IMG/VR virus record: IMGVR_UViG_3300021963_000092
Coordinates: 1 to 64,000 of that record
From: an uncultured virus (IMG/VR IMGVR_UViG_3300021963_000092)
Taxonomy: Duplodnaviria > Heunggongvirae > Uroviricota > Caudoviricetes
Direction: 5' to 3' (one strand)
DNA length: 64,000 bases
Positions 49,370 to 58,729 of the stretch are shown here, one piece after another; position 1 is the first letter of the stretch, and each line of letters opens with the position of its first letter. Both the position numbers and the translations under genes were made by a program. The notes below the pieces were generated by a model. The model did not search any database. It was not told where the DNA came from and saw only the letters and a list, made by a program, of their open reading frames with translations.

Positions 49370-50705
49370 AGAATTTAAGATCCAAGATTTAACTACTGTT
49401 GTAATGGATTTGCTTGGTAATGAAAAACGAAAAATCGTTTTTGAAATGCTTGAACATTACTTTAAGCGTGCAGATTCAGTAGAAGATTTTGATACACTTG
49501 GATATCTTTCCCTAAAAGCAGAGCATAGACCTCTTTACTTGAAATGTGCAGAGGCTGCTTACTCTAGAGCTGAAAACGCCGATCAACTTTACATTGCTCG
49601 CGCTAATTTATATAAAGCCTATAATGCATTGAATCAGCCGGAAAAAGCTCTTTTCTATATCGATCTTAATTTAAAATTAACCCCAGATGATTTTGAAACT
49701 CAAACACAAAGAGCATTTAATATAGCTTTAATGGGTGATAGAAAAACTTCCGAAGATTTGTTACTTTCTTTGGCTGAAAAACACCCTGAAAAAGCTGATG
49801 ATATGAAGAATGCTTTAAGCGGAAAGGTATTAAGAGAAGGAAGGATCGCTGAAGGTGTACTGGCGTTCATGGGCTCTATTAAACCTAAGAACGGAAGATT
49901 TGAAGATGCTTTAGGTATGACTAAATGGTCCGGTACAATTCAACCAGGCAGAATTATTTACGTTGATGGTGAGGGAGGTATTGGTGACGAGATAATTAAC
50001 ATAAGATTCTTTGATCATATTAAAGATCTAGGTATGAGACCAATATTATATTCTACTTGGTCAAAGTATAGAGAGGATACAGTTAGTCTGTTTCGTCGCA
50101 ACGGATATGAAGTAATAACTGAAACATACTCTATAGATAGAAGACAGCTATGGACTCCTATGATGAGCTTGCCTGGGTATCTTAATTTAACTGAGGATAA
50201 GCTTTGGCGAAAACCTTATCTTATCCCGGTAAGGAATCCTAAAAATAAAATCAATAGTGACAAATTTAAGATAGGTATTAAATGTTCCGGTAATCCATAT
50301 TTTTCCCAAGATGAATACCGCAAGATACCTCTTGAGTTGTTGCTCAGCTATATACCTGAGGGTGCAGAGGTTTATTACATTGATAAAGAAGATGGTCACC
50401 CAGGTTGTATTGACTTAGGCAGTAGAATTGATACTTGGGAGGATACTTTAGATTTTATTGATCAAATGGATTGTATTGTAAGCAGCTGCACCAGTTTAGT
50501 ACATGCAGCAGGAGCGATAGGAAAGACATGCTTTGTTGTTGTACCTATTGCTGAATACTATATCTGGTCCACTTCGCATAAAGGTACCACTACCCCTTGG
50601 TATGGTGACAATTTTCAAGTTCACAAACAAACTAAAGTGAGAGATTGGCACACACCGCTTAATAATGTTAAACAAGAAGTACTTAAATTAATGAGTAAAT
50701 TATGA
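49350..50705 (+). CDS. TPR-like + GT-B (GT9-like) glycosyltransferase
   Basis: Helical N-terminus; EGGIGDEIINIRF, PMMSLP, WEDT...I.QMD.IVSSCTSLVHAAGAIG, TPWYG. Confidence 0.75.
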   Translation: MSSLKNKEFKIQDLTTVVMDLLGNEKRKIVFEMLEHYFKRADSVEDFDTLGYLSLKAEHRPLYLKCAEAAYSRAENADQLYIARANLYKAYNALNQPEKALFYIDLNLKLTPDDFETQTQRAFNIALMGDRKTSEDLLLSLAEKHPEKADDMKNALSGKVLREGRIAEGVLAFMGSIKPKNGRFEDALGMTKWSGTIQPGRIIYVDGEGGIGDEIINIRFFDHIKDLGMRPILYSTWSKYREDTVSLFRRNGYEVITETYSIDRRQLWTPMMSLPGYLNLTEDKLWRKPYLIPVRNPKNKINSDKFKIGIKCSGNPYFSQDEYRKIPLELLLSYIPEGAEVYYIDKEDGHPGCIDLGSRIDTWEDTLDFIDQMDCIVSSCTSLVHAAGAIGKTCFVVVPIAEYYIWSTSHKGTTTPWYGDNFQVHKQTKVRDWHTPLNNVKQEVLKLMSKL

Positions 50706-51472
50706 AACAATATCATTTTATAACTGGCTTACCGCGATCAGGGTCAACCCTTCTTACCTCAATACTAAGACAGAACCCCCGCTTTCATTCCTCTATCACC
50801 GACCCTTTAGCTAATTTAGTAAAAGGGGTAATTGAGGCTACACAAGATAGCCCCGGGTCGAAAGCAGAGGTTCCTGTACAGCGAAGAAAAAATATAGTTG
50901 CCGGGTTGTTTGACGGTTTCTATCAAGATGTTGATAAGCCGATTATTTTTAATACTAATCGCGCTTGGACATATTTAACGGGTGTTATAAAAGATCTTTA
51001 CCCTAAATCTAAATTTATTGTATGTGTTAGAGATATTAACTGGGTCTTGGATAGTTTTGAACTAGCGCACAGACGCAATCCTTTCTCAACTAATACAGTA
51101 ACCGGGGGTCTTTCAGGTTCGGTTTATTCCAGAGCAGAATCCCTTTTTTCAGAAGCCGGTGTAGTAGGTTTTCCTTATGTGGGTATTAAGCAAGCAATAA
51201 CCGGTCTAGAAAAAAATTTACTTTTTATCTTAGAGTATGAGCAACTAGCTAAACAACCTGAGCAAATGTTAAAAGCCCTGTATAATTTTATTGATGAGCC
51301 TTATTTTCAGCATGATTTTAACAATGTAGAAGCAAGTTGGGATGAGTATGATCAGGAAATCGGTATAAAGCTACATGATGTAAGAAAGCGAGTAGAATTC
51401 AAGGCTAGGGATTTTATCCTACCCCCGGACATTTTAAATAAGTATCATGGTTTAGAAGTTTGGCGTAAATAA
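50702..51472 (+). CDS. sulfotransferase
   Basis: FITGLPRSGSTLL..IL.QNP; K.IVCVRD....LDS; HDFNNV. Confidence 0.85.
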   Translation: MKQYHFITGLPRSGSTLLTSILRQNPRFHSSITDPLANLVKGVIEATQDSPGSKAEVPVQRRKNIVAGLFDGFYQDVDKPIIFNTNRAWTYLTGVIKDLYPKSKFIVCVRDINWVLDSFELAHRRNPFSTNTVTGGLSGSVYSRAESLFSEAGVVGFPYVGIKQAITGLEKNLLFILEYEQLAKQPEQMLKALYNFIDEPYFQHDFNNVEASWDEYDQEIGIKLHDVRKRVEFKARDFILPPDILNKYHGLEVWRK

Positions 51473-51490
51473 TGTTGAAATAATAAAGTC

Positions 51491-52273
51491 ATGAAAACAT
51501 TAGATATTATCTTAAGAACCTGTGACAGAACTAACGTTCACGTAGATTGGAGAGTAAGATACTGTGATATTCCAAAAAATGATATTGTTGTAGGCTGTAC
51601 TAGATCGCTTGTAAATAGTATAAAAAATGTACGCGATGTACTTATCAAATTAACAGTATTAGATGATAGTTCCTCTGAGGAAACTGTTAGTAAGATAAAA
51701 CAAATAATAGAAGAAGTTAACGGTGAGTTTATATCTTTACCGGAGCAGGGGTACAATTATTCAGCGCATCAACAATGGTTGCTATGTAGAGATAGTCATG
51801 CAGATTTAGTATACTCCGTTGAAGATGACTATCTGCACCAGCCTTCTGCTATTCAAGAAATGATTGATAGTTTTTATACCTTCTCTGATAGATTAAAGCG
51901 AGATGATATAGTATTGTACCCTTTTGATGAACCAAGTGAATATAATCCCCCAAGTAGAACGGATTTTATTGTACATGGCTCTAACAGGCATTGGCGTACC
52001 GGTGTTTTTACTACAAATGTCTTATTCACTACACCTCAGATATTTAAATCTAACTGGGGGCTGTTTGAGACCTTGGCACTTAAATATAACGGGAATTATC
52101 TTAAACCTAGAACAGAACATTATGAAGAATCAAACACCATATGGAATATTTGGTTAGATAATCGAGCGATAAGATTTAATCCTATACCAAGTCTAGCATT
52201 ACATTTACAGTTTGATCAGCAGAAAGACCCTTTTATTAAATGGGAAACCTGGTGGGATGAGTATACTAAATAA
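51491..52273 (+). CDS. GT-A fold (GT2-like) glycosyltransferase
   Basis: VLDD.S, VYSVEDDYLH (DxD-like), PIPSLALH. Confidence 0.7.
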   Translation: MKTLDIILRTCDRTNVHVDWRVRYCDIPKNDIVVGCTRSLVNSIKNVRDVLIKLTVLDDSSSEETVSKIKQIIEEVNGEFISLPEQGYNYSAHQQWLLCRDSHADLVYSVEDDYLHQPSAIQEMIDSFYTFSDRLKRDDIVLYPFDEPSEYNPPSRTDFIVHGSNRHWRTGVFTTNVLFTTPQIFKSNWGLFETLALKYNGNYLKPRTEHYEESNTIWNIWLDNRAIRFNPIPSLALHLQFDQQKDPFIKWETWWDEYTK

Positions 52274-52922
52274 TATCTTTATTATCACATCTACTATAAA
52301 CACACCATGGGGACATATTTCGATAAGTGATCGGTATCTACAAACACTCGAAACTATAGATTCTATAAAGAAAAAAGATCCAGCTGCAATAATTATCTTA
52401 ATAGATAATTCTTCTTTTCCTCTTGAAAATAAATGGTATAATGAGCTTTCAAAAAATGTAACCTTCTTTATTGATATTGGAAGTAGAACACCTTGTAAAG
52501 AGCTAAACAATTCAGGTGCAAAAGGTGCTGGCGAAGCATATATGTTACTAGTAGCTTTAGATCTAATAATACTAAATAAATTAGCTCCAAAGAGAATCTT
52601 TAAGATATCTGGTCGATATAAACTAAGTGATCAATTCGATATTAATTTTTATAATAATCTACACGACTGTTATGTATTTAAAACTCGCCATACTAACGAT
52701 TATAATGCTATATCCCTACACACAAGACTTTGGTCCGTATGTGGTACGCTAATTGATAATATGGGTAATTTAATATCCAAATCATTTTATGAACACTTAG
52801 TTCAAGGCATAACTATTGAAGAAGCTATGTTCATGTATATTGATAAATCTAAATTAATGGAAGTAGAAAGTATACATTGTGAGGGTATCATTGCCCCCTG
52901 GAATATGTTAATAAATGACTAA
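52257..52922 (+). CDS. hypothetical protein, possibly glycosyltransferase-related
   Basis: FIITSTI, R..QTLETI.SI, RIFKISGRY.L; ATG 52257 preferred over the ORF-track start. Confidence 0.55.
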   Translation: MSILNNIFIITSTINTPWGHISISDRYLQTLETIDSIKKKDPAAIIILIDNSSFPLENKWYNELSKNVTFFIDIGSRTPCKELNNSGAKGAGEAYMLLVALDLIILNKLAPKRIFKISGRYKLSDQFDINFYNNLHDCYVFKTRHTNDYNAISLHTRLWSVCGTLIDNMGNLISKSFYEHLVQGITIEEAMFMYIDKSKLMEVESIHCEGIIAPWNMLIND

Positions 52923-53850
52923 TACAACTTTTATAATTAACGGTGGTGCAGGTAGGGTTATAACGGCAATACCCGCTTTAGAGAAATTTCATCGTCTCAA
53001 CCCGGGTAATAACTTTAAGGTGCTTGTTCATGGGTGGGAGAGTCTGTACTGGAGTCATCCTCTACTTCAACAGCGAACTATAGGTATACATCAGAAAGAT
53101 ATATTTGATAATTATGTAAAGCCTAATATTGTTGTGTGCCCAGAGCCTTACTATCTTTATGATTATTATAATCAGAAGATTTCTCTTACTGAAGCTTTTG
53201 ATCGAGAAATAAATAAGACCGAAGATCATTCAGATCTTACCAAGCCTAATCTATATCTAAGTACATACGAAAAAAATTCGGTTAAAAGAATAATACAGGA
53301 GTTTAAAACGAATAAAAATAAGAGTAAAGTAATTGTATTTCAGCCTTACGGCAGTTCAATGCAGATTAATAATAATAGGCCTTATGATACTTCTCATCGG
53401 AGCTTAGATTGCGACGACTATCTCTATATGATAGAAAATATTAGCAAAGATAGTTTAATATTCTTTTTCGGTCCTAAGGAACTTAGACATCCGGGCGATA
53501 ATATATCGGTAGATTTTCAAAATCTTAATACTGATCTTCGAATGTTTATGGCTTTAATTAGTGAGTGTGATTATTTTGTAGGGTGTGATTCGGTTGGTCA
53601 GCATATGGCGCGCGCGTTTGATAAGCCCGGTGCTGTATTCATGGGCTCAACTTTCGAGAAAAATGTAACATATCCAGATCATTTCAGGATTTTTAGGAAA
53701 GAAGATAGACAGCCTGTATATAACCCTATCAGGCTCGGAGGTGTAGACGGCGAATTTACAGATAGAATAAACGATGGTATAATGTCTTTCTCAAAAACTG
53801 AGTTGAAACATTGGTGTAATATTATTAACCATGACATTTATTCGGAATAA
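52915..53850 (+). CDS. GT9-like (heptosyltransferase-fold) glycosyltransferase
   Basis: INGGAGRVITAIPA, VFQPYG, ALI..CDYFVGCDSVGQHMARAF.KP. Confidence 0.72.
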   Translation: MTNTTFIINGGAGRVITAIPALEKFHRLNPGNNFKVLVHGWESLYWSHPLLQQRTIGIHQKDIFDNYVKPNIVVCPEPYYLYDYYNQKISLTEAFDREINKTEDHSDLTKPNLYLSTYEKNSVKRIIQEFKTNKNKSKVIVFQPYGSSMQINNNRPYDTSHRSLDCDDYLYMIENISKDSLIFFFGPKELRHPGDNISVDFQNLNTDLRMFMALISECDYFVGCDSVGQHMARAFDKPGAVFMGSTFEKNVTYPDHFRIFRKEDRQPVYNPIRLGGVDGEFTDRINDGIMSFSKTELKHWCNIINHDIYSE

Positions 53851-53851
53851 T

Positions 53852-54613
53852 ATGGGTATAGAGCAAATAAAAAATGTTATTTTAGTTTCCTCTGGAAAAG
53901 GAGGTGTGGGTAAGAGTACTGTTGCAGCTAATCTTGCAGCTTCTCTTTCTATGTTAAATCTTAAAGTAGGTATGTTTGATTCTGACATATACGGTCCTAG
54001 TCAGTTTATGATGTTCGGATTGGAGAACAATCAACCATATAATCTTACAGAAGATAAAAAATTTACTTTACCGTTTGAAGCTTACCAACTAAAAATAATG
54101 TCGATAGCTAGTAGTATTAGAGATGATCAAGCTGTAAGTTGGCGAGGACCAATGGCCACTGTTGCCCTTAAAAACTTATTATTAAATACGGTATGGGGTG
54201 AATTGGATTATCTTATAGTTGACATGCCCCCGGGTACCGGTGATATTCAGATATCACTTTGTGAGATTATTCCACACGCTAAAGCTGTAATCGTAACAAC
54301 CCCTCAAGATGTAGCATTATTAGATTGTAAGAAAGGTATTGAGCTATTCGTACAAAGAAATATTAAGATAGTGGGTATTGTAGAAAATATGAGTGGACAC
54401 TTGTGTAACCATTGTAATAATGTCGATTATATTTTTGGGGAAAATGGTGCTGATAGTTTAAGTGAGAAGTATTCAGTACCAGTTCTCGGTAAGATACCTC
54501 TTCAGACATCAATTAGAATAAAAGCAGATCAAGGAATACCTATAGCTTTTAATACCGGTAAAATAAGCGATATTTACAGATCTATAGCGGAGAAAGTTTG
54601 TGAAAGCATCTAA
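53852..54613 (+). CDS. mrp: Mrp/ApbC/NBP35 Fe-S cluster carrier ATPase
   Basis: SGKGGVGKST, D.DIYGPS, WRGPM, WGELDYLIVDMPPGTGD, TTPQ, ENMS, CNHC. Confidence 0.92.
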   Translation: MGIEQIKNVILVSSGKGGVGKSTVAANLAASLSMLNLKVGMFDSDIYGPSQFMMFGLENNQPYNLTEDKKFTLPFEAYQLKIMSIASSIRDDQAVSWRGPMATVALKNLLLNTVWGELDYLIVDMPPGTGDIQISLCEIIPHAKAVIVTTPQDVALLDCKKGIELFVQRNIKIVGIVENMSGHLCNHCNNVDYIFGENGADSLSEKYSVPVLGKIPLQTSIRIKADQGIPIAFNTGKISDIYRSIAEKVCESI

Positions 54614-55523
54614 TAGACCCATGGTAAAAATGCTCCATGCAGATGGATTTTTTCCAGCTGGAGATGTAGAGCGCTGCGCAGCTGTAGTCAGAGATATTAG
54701 GTTCAGCGAAAAAGAGTACGGTTACGAGCTAGATAATTTTAATATGGTTTTAAGCGGGTTAGAACCTATATTAGGTAGAGTACTGGGCGAACGCGTAATA
54801 ATTGATCATAAAAGATCTGGAATATTTCGTAGACCCTTCAACAACATTATTCATTTCGAAGATTTTAACTCTCTCAATGAATGGTGTTTCATAGTAGCAC
54901 TTGAAAAAAATACCTTAAATTTATTTCATCATAAAAATAAAAACGGGGCAATAGATGCAAAATCTGCTTTAGAGGGTTATGAATTTAACTACAGAAACTT
55001 ATTCGAATGGGATCTACACACTAACGTAATGCTAGAACCAAATCAAGGTGTTTTTATAAGACCGTGGGTATTCCATACACTGGATTCAAATTTAGTTCAA
55101 TATTATAGATTAATAACTGATAGACACTTCAGAGTTTTAGTAATGGGTAAGCCCGGTTCGAGTAGAAAGCTAGTAGTAGATGAACTAACAAAGCATTTTG
55201 ATCAGTGCAGAGTACTTAATAGTAGAGAACAGAGAGTAATACATAAAGATATTGACTATACAGAAGGAGGTAGGTTACGACATACTAACAGACTTTTAAC
55301 TATGGCTCGTAATTCGGCCGCAGATGATATTGTACTAATTAATTCAGTCTGCCCTCTCGACGAACAACGCAGCATTTTAAATCCTGATTTATTATTCTGG
55401 ATAGATGATACTGATGAGGTATTTGAAGAGTTTCAAGAACCTAAGATGTATGATAGCAGATATACTGCAATAAATAACCTAGCAATTGAAGATATGATTA
55501 GACGTATCAATACTAAGAGGTAA
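54600..55523 (+). CDS. fusion of a putative 2OG-oxygenase-like domain and an APS-kinase-like domain
   Basis: N-terminal IIHFE...RPWVFH; C-terminal VLVMGKPGSSRK, D.DYTEGGRLR, VCP..EQR, FQEP resembling CysC. Confidence 0.55.
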   Translation: MKASNRPMVKMLHADGFFPAGDVERCAAVVRDIRFSEKEYGYELDNFNMVLSGLEPILGRVLGERVIIDHKRSGIFRRPFNNIIHFEDFNSLNEWCFIVALEKNTLNLFHHKNKNGAIDAKSALEGYEFNYRNLFEWDLHTNVMLEPNQGVFIRPWVFHTLDSNLVQYYRLITDRHFRVLVMGKPGSSRKLVVDELTKHFDQCRVLNSREQRVIHKDIDYTEGGRLRHTNRLLTMARNSAADDIVLINSVCPLDEQRSILNPDLLFWIDDTDEVFEEFQEPKMYDSRYTAINNLAIEDMIRRINTKR

Positions 55524-55525
55524 CT

Positions 55526-55759
55526 ATGAACAGTACTAAAAAGATTTACGTGATTGATAGAAACGGCAGAATGCACTTGATTGAATTTACCCCTGACTTA
55601 ACAATCAATGGTACACTCACCGACCCCGATCACGCTGTAACTCATCTTGAAAGTCTATTTCAAAGTAGAAGTGATATAACTTTTAAAACGAATAACTTCG
55701 TAAAAGTATTTGACTCTAAAAAACTGATAGGATATCAAATAGTCCCTATTCATGAGTAG
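55526..55759 (+). CDS. hypothetical protein
   Basis: 77 aa; GAGG RBS. Confidence 0.55.
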   Translation: MNSTKKIYVIDRNGRMHLIEFTPDLTINGTLTDPDHAVTHLESLFQSRSDITFKTNNFVKVFDSKKLIGYQIVPIHE

Positions 55760-55798
55760 GTAAAAAGAATAAATATTAATTAAATTTACGGAAAATTT

Positions 55799-56752
55799 AT
55801 GGCTAATCCTTCATCTAGACAAGAACTTATAGATTATTGTCTGAGAAAATTAGGTCATCCTGTACTTGAAATTAATATTGATGACGACCAGATCGAAGAT
55901 AGAATTGACGAAGCTTTTCAATTTTATCGCGAGTTTCACTATGATTCGGTTGAGCTTGTATATCTTTCTGAGAAGATAACGGCAAGTACTCTTCAAATTA
56001 CCGGGGTTAATGCTGCATCTTTCCTAAATGGTGAAAGACTAACAGGTGTATCTTCTGGTGCGACTGCTACTGTAATATCTAATATTTCTGCTAATAGAAT
56101 ATCCATTAAGAATGTATCCGGTACATTTACCCCTGGTGAGACGTTTTCAGGGGGTACGTCAAGTACTTCTGCGGTGATTAGTTCTGTTACTTTAGGTAAT
56201 TTTGATAACAAATATCTTTCATTAAATGATAACATTACAGGTGTTGTAAAGATCATGCCGTTTTCCTCCAAGACTCGAGGAATCGATATGTTTGATGTTA
56301 GATATCAAATCCTGCTAAACGATCTATATTCCTTACAATCAACCGATATAATATATTACAGTCAGGTTAAGACGCAGCTTAATCTTATCAATGATATTCT
56401 TGTAGGACAAAAACCTACTCGCTTTAATAGACATCAAAATCGTTTGTACATCGATATGGACTGGAATACTGATGTTGAAATCGGAGACTACGTTGTTATC
56501 GAAGCGTATAGAATTCTTGATCCTAGTACATTCACTGACGTATATAACGATCATTTTCTCAAACGATACGCAACTGCATTATTAAAGCAACAATGGGGTG
56601 TTAATCTAAAGAAATTTGAAGGTGTTCAATTACCCGGGGGTGTTACACTGAATGGTCAAAAGATCTTTGATGAAGCTACTGAAGAGTTAAAAGAACTTAG
56701 AGATGAAGCAGAAAAAACATATCAGTTACCCGTTGATATGTTTGTAGGTTGA
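55799..56752 (+). CDS. gp13: neck protein gp13
   Basis: SRQELIDYCLRKLG.PV.EIN.DDDQ, K.QWG.NL.KF.GVQLPGGVTLNG. Confidence 0.93.
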   Translation: MANPSSRQELIDYCLRKLGHPVLEINIDDDQIEDRIDEAFQFYREFHYDSVELVYLSEKITASTLQITGVNAASFLNGERLTGVSSGATATVISNISANRISIKNVSGTFTPGETFSGGTSSTSAVISSVTLGNFDNKYLSLNDNITGVVKIMPFSSKTRGIDMFDVRYQILLNDLYSLQSTDIIYYSQVKTQLNLINDILVGQKPTRFNRHQNRLYIDMDWNTDVEIGDYVVIEAYRILDPSTFTDVYNDHFLKRYATALLKQQWGVNLKKFEGVQLPGGVTLNGQKIFDEATEELKELRDEAEKTYQLPVDMFVG

Positions 56753-56820
56753 TTCTCTCATGTTCGACATATGCATTATAGCAGTAACTGAAATCTACGG
56801 CCACCGCAAAGATACCGTCT

Positions 56821-57564
56821 ATGCCCACTAACTTTTATTTTCAGTCTGGTATACCCGGGGGAAGAGCCTCAGAGCAGCTGCTCATGGAGGACATCATAAT
56901 CGAATGCCTGAGAATATATGGATTCGATGTATATTATCTGCCGAAAACAGCTGTAAATAAAGACCAGATTTTTACAGAAGACGCCTTACAAAAATACGAT
57001 AATGCATTTCCGTTGGAGATGTATATGAGTAACGTAACCGGTTTCGAAGGCGAGGGTGATCTTCTTTCTAAGTTTGGGGTAGAGATAAGAGATACTGCAA
57101 CATTTATCGTATCGAGAAGAAGATGGGATGATGTAGTAGCTAAATCAGGAACAGCAGCGCTTACTACAAGACCTGCTGAAGGTGATGTTCTATTCTTCCC
57201 TCTTACAAATTCTTTCTTTGAGATTAGAAGAGTCGAGACACGCGACCCGTTTTTCCAGGTTGGTAAGCTTTACGTATACAAACTGGAATGCGAGCTAATG
57301 CAGTTCTCGTCAGAAAGATTCAACACAACTATCGACTCAATAAATGATCAAGCAGATATAGAATCTATTTCTATTACTGAAGAATATACTTTAGATTTAG
57401 AAGATAATTCAAGATTCTTAATTGAAGCAGAAGCCGAAGTTCCGCTTATCCTAGAAAACTTCCTGCTTAATGTAATTGACCCCTCTGCACAAAATGAAAA
57501 CTTTGAGGACGAATCAGGTATTCTAGATTTCTCTGAAACTAACCCATTTGGAGAGGTTCTATAA
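56821..57564 (+). CDS. gp14: neck protein gp14
   Basis: EQ.L.EDII.E...IYG.DVYYLP, SKFGVEIRD, RPAEGD, PFFQVGK, FSE.NPFG. Confidence 0.92.
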   Translation: MPTNFYFQSGIPGGRASEQLLMEDIIIECLRIYGFDVYYLPKTAVNKDQIFTEDALQKYDNAFPLEMYMSNVTGFEGEGDLLSKFGVEIRDTATFIVSRRRWDDVVAKSGTAALTTRPAEGDVLFFPLTNSFFEIRRVETRDPFFQVGKLYVYKLECELMQFSSERFNTTIDSINDQADIESISITEEYTLDLEDNSRFLIEAEAEVPLILENFLLNVIDPSAQNENFEDESGILDFSETNPFGEVL

Positions 57565-58313
57565 TGCTTCAAAAATTCTACTGGGGTACGATTCGAAAAT
57601 CGGTTGTAGCTTTTGGTAATATATTTAACGATATCTACCTCGATAGATTAGATTCGTCTGGTAACGTTGTACAGACGTTGAAAGTACCCTTGTCGTACGC
57701 ACCTAGACAAAAATTTCTAGCAAGAGTTGAAGCTGAGCCAGATCTTCCAAATGCTAAATTTCAAATAAGTTTGCCTAGAATGGCGTTTGAAATGACCGGT
57801 CTGTCTTACGACCCAAATAGAAAATTAAGTCTGGTTCAAAAAAATAGAGTAAATAATACCTCAACGTCAACCAGTACTGTTCAATTTGTACCAACACCAT
57901 ATAATGTTTCTATGTCGTTGTACCTGTATTCAAAAAATCAAGATGACGGTCTGCAGGTAATAGAGCAGATTCTTCCTTATTTCAATCCTGATTTTAACTT
58001 AACATTGAATGCTGTTCCGAGTATGAATATTAAGAACGACCTATCTATCGTATTAGATAATGTGGCTTACGAAGATACTTATGAAGGTAATTTTACTTCT
58101 CGTAGATCTATTATATGGACACTTAATTTTACACTCAAGCTTAACTTCTTTGGACCGGCGAGCAGACAAAGTCTCATTCGTACTTCTATTGCTAATATCT
58201 TTAATGATGAAGCGAGAACTCAACAGATACTAAGATACAGTGCAACGGTAGATCCAGGAACTGCTGTACCAGGGGATGATATTGATTTCATTGAAATGTT
58301 TGAGGATTTCTAA
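57564..58313 (+). CDS. gp15: tail sheath stabiliser gp15
   Basis: AFG.IFN, KVPLSYAP.QKFL, LPRMAFE, EQILPYF.P. Confidence 0.92.
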   Translation: MLQKFYWGTIRKSVVAFGNIFNDIYLDRLDSSGNVVQTLKVPLSYAPRQKFLARVEAEPDLPNAKFQISLPRMAFEMTGLSYDPNRKLSLVQKNRVNNTSTSTSTVQFVPTPYNVSMSLYLYSKNQDDGLQVIEQILPYFNPDFNLTLNAVPSMNIKNDLSIVLDNVAYEDTYEGNFTSRRSIIWTLNFTLKLNFFGPASRQSLIRTSIANIFNDEARTQQILRYSATVDPGTAVPGDDIDFIEMFEDF

Positions 58314-58729
58314 TGTTAATGGATCAAAATCTTTCCAATCTTTTCAATGTAGAACTTGCTATACAAGAAATATCTCCTATTATCGAGAAAGATAATACTG
58401 ATGAGATTACTAGTGATTTTAATCTGGCAAGAAATACTCTTAGAAAACTTATTGATGTTAATAACGATCTCATCAATAACATGGTAGATAACGCTAAGAG
58501 GTCTGAGAGAGGATCTGCATACGAAGTAGCCGGTCAGTTGATTAAGACACAAACCGAAATTGCTAAGAGCCTTCTATCGGTGCAAAAGCAGAATCGTGAA
58601 TTAAAAGGTGATGAGGTACCTACATCAAAGATAGGTAATCAAACTAACAATATATTATTTGCAGGGTCTACAGCAGAACTTATGAAATTAATAAGTGCGC
58701 AGAAGGCTAATATAATTGACTCAAAGTAA
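58313..58729 (+). CDS. gp16: terminase small subunit gp16
   Basis: DF..AR..L, AYEVAGQLIK, NNILFAGSTAEL.K. Confidence 0.88.
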   Translation: MLMDQNLSNLFNVELAIQEISPIIEKDNTDEITSDFNLARNTLRKLIDVNNDLINNMVDNAKRSERGSAYEVAGQLIKTQTEIAKSLLSVQKQNRELKGDEVPTSKIGNQTNNILFAGSTAELMKLISAQKANIIDSK

